Shown: piece after piece, positions 33,725-34,603 of the stretch | How positions within the stretch are numbered: position 1 is the first letter of the stretch | Layout: the number at the start of each line of letters is the position of its first letter | Origin: a virus | Taxonomy: Duplodnaviria > Caudoviricetes | Length of the DNA: 34,603 nucleotides | Reading direction: 5' to 3' (one strand) | Virus record (IMG/VR): IMGVR_UViG_3300043451_000112 | Coordinates: 1 to 34,603 of that record | The notes under the pieces: model-generated | Database searches by the model: none | Seen by the model: only the letters and a program-made list of their open reading frames with translations | What the model was told of the DNA's origin: nothing | Position numbers and translations under genes: made by a program

Positions 33725-34109
33725 ACTGCTCTTGCATTTCTTTAAATTCTACAATAGTTACTAGCTTGGTATCTATTCGGTAACCGAGCCATTTTGATAG
33801 GTAAATCAAAACTTGCTGAATGGTCATGCCGTCATGTTTTGACGGGTCTAGTTGCTCAAGTTCGATTTGCGCTATCTCGATGTTGTTTAACAAAAATACG
33901 TTGTTTGTCTGTATGTAGGTCAGACGTAGCTTTGTAAGATGCGCCTTTTGAGACAAATAGCGCTCAAGTTGCTCGCCAAGTCCGTAGCGTTCAAGATACT
34001 CGTTGTAAAGCCTTACCCAATTTTCAATGTCGGTTTCTCTAGGTTTATGATCGCGATTCGCGTATTGCAAATGGCCCTCTTGGCATTTCTCCCAATTGTA
34101 CAAAGGCAT
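33699..34109 (-). CDS. Probable tail assembly chaperone
   Basis: Immediately upstream of the tape measure gene. Likely start MPLYNW. Confidence 0.5.
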   Translation of the reverse strand: MPLYNWEKCQEGHLQYANRDHKPRETDIENWVRLYNEYLERYGLGEQLERYLSQKAHLTKLRLTYIQTNNVFLLNNIEIAQIELEQLDPSKHDGMTIQQVLIYLSKWLGYRIDTKLVTIVEFKEMQEQYVRSNKEK

Positions 34110-34113
34110 CTCA

Positions 34114-34557
34114 CTAATTGAGACCCAAGATGTCTTTGAATTGTTTGATGTAGCTCTCTTTGACCATGTTTTGAACTTTGATAAGATTTTCATCGGTTAG
34201 CGTCAGTATTTTTGTTGTGTACCATTTTTTATCCTCCATCTTCTGAGTGTCGGCATCTATCTCGATGGATTCCATCAGAACGCGCACGTACATTGAGCGG
34301 TAAAAAGCACCTGTATCGTAAAGCGTGTAAGGTGTGTTAAATTTCTTCTTTGGGTTGATTCTAGCCGTAAGCATGGAATAGTAACCGATTACTTTACCGG
34401 TACCATCTATCCCCTTTTTCATCAATTGCTCCTGGCGTATTAAATCGAGTATTTCAGTCTTTGTTCTAGGCGAGAAAGCATTGTACCAAGCGACTGCCTC
34501 GTTGAGCAATTTGCCCTTGCGTAACATTTCATGCAGCTTACTTTTCCCAATTGCCAT
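34114..34557 (-). CDS. Neck/tail-completion protein (HK97 gp10-like / virion morphogenesis family)
   Basis: Basic protein with a YS..T...K...TLYDTGAFYRSM motif, in the tail module. Confidence 0.6.
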   Translation of the reverse strand: MAIGKSKLHEMLRKGKLLNEAVAWYNAFSPRTKTEILDLIRQEQLMKKGIDGTGKVIGYYSMLTARINPKKKFNTPYTLYDTGAFYRSMYVRVLMESIEIDADTQKMEDKKWYTTKILTLTDENLIKVQNMVKESYIKQFKDILGLN

Positions 34558-34603
34558 AAATACAAAGTAACAAAAAAGGCGCATCGCTGCGCCTTTCTTT
34601 CAT
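34477..34603. repeat. Terminal direct repeat, copy 2
   Basis: Identical to 1-127. Confidence 0.97.

Noticed and set aside
55-34121. Short plus-strand ORFs in the track (for example 819-1145, 13589-14044, 32850-33125) and minus-strand ORFs inside the portal
   Set aside because: They are antisense shadows of well-supported genes, with no motifs or leaders of their own.
34477-34603. 127-bp repeat as a biological terminal repeat
   Set aside because: 127 is a common assembler k-mer length and the repeat splits a gene start in the middle of the tail module. It is best read as a circularisation overlap.

Overview
The window is almost certainly a complete, circularly permuted tailed dsDNA phage genome (siphovirus-like, HK97-fold capsid). 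Bases 1-127 are identical to 34477-34603, giving a unique length of 34,476 bp. The host is probably Bacteroidota, judged from repeated TAnnTTTG -7 promoter boxes, A/C-rich leaders without Shine-Dalgarno sites and a DUF4494-like gene. Every convincing gene lies on the minus strand except the portal, which is inverted between the terminase and the prohead protease. Minus-strand order: small early genes (from 19747); PD-(D/E)XK nuclease; replication initiator containing iterons; Rad50/SbcC-like ATPase; RecT; MBL nuclease; a DGQHR/ParB-like cassette; terminase; [portal on +]; protease; capsid; neck and tail; tape measure; tail tip and fibre; holin; candidate u-spanin; GH108 endolysin; metallophosphoesterase. 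I recognised no integrase, DNA polymerase, helicase, tRNA or CRISPR array. The most interesting unexplained structure is regulatory: a kissing-loop leader RNA with a terminator ahead of the replication operon, a 17-bp near-palindromic operator at three early promoters, a shared late-promoter motif, several promoter-leader-terminator units and the antisense portal. All family calls come from motif recognition by eye, not database searches. Several starts were moved from the ORF track to more likely downstream ATGs.
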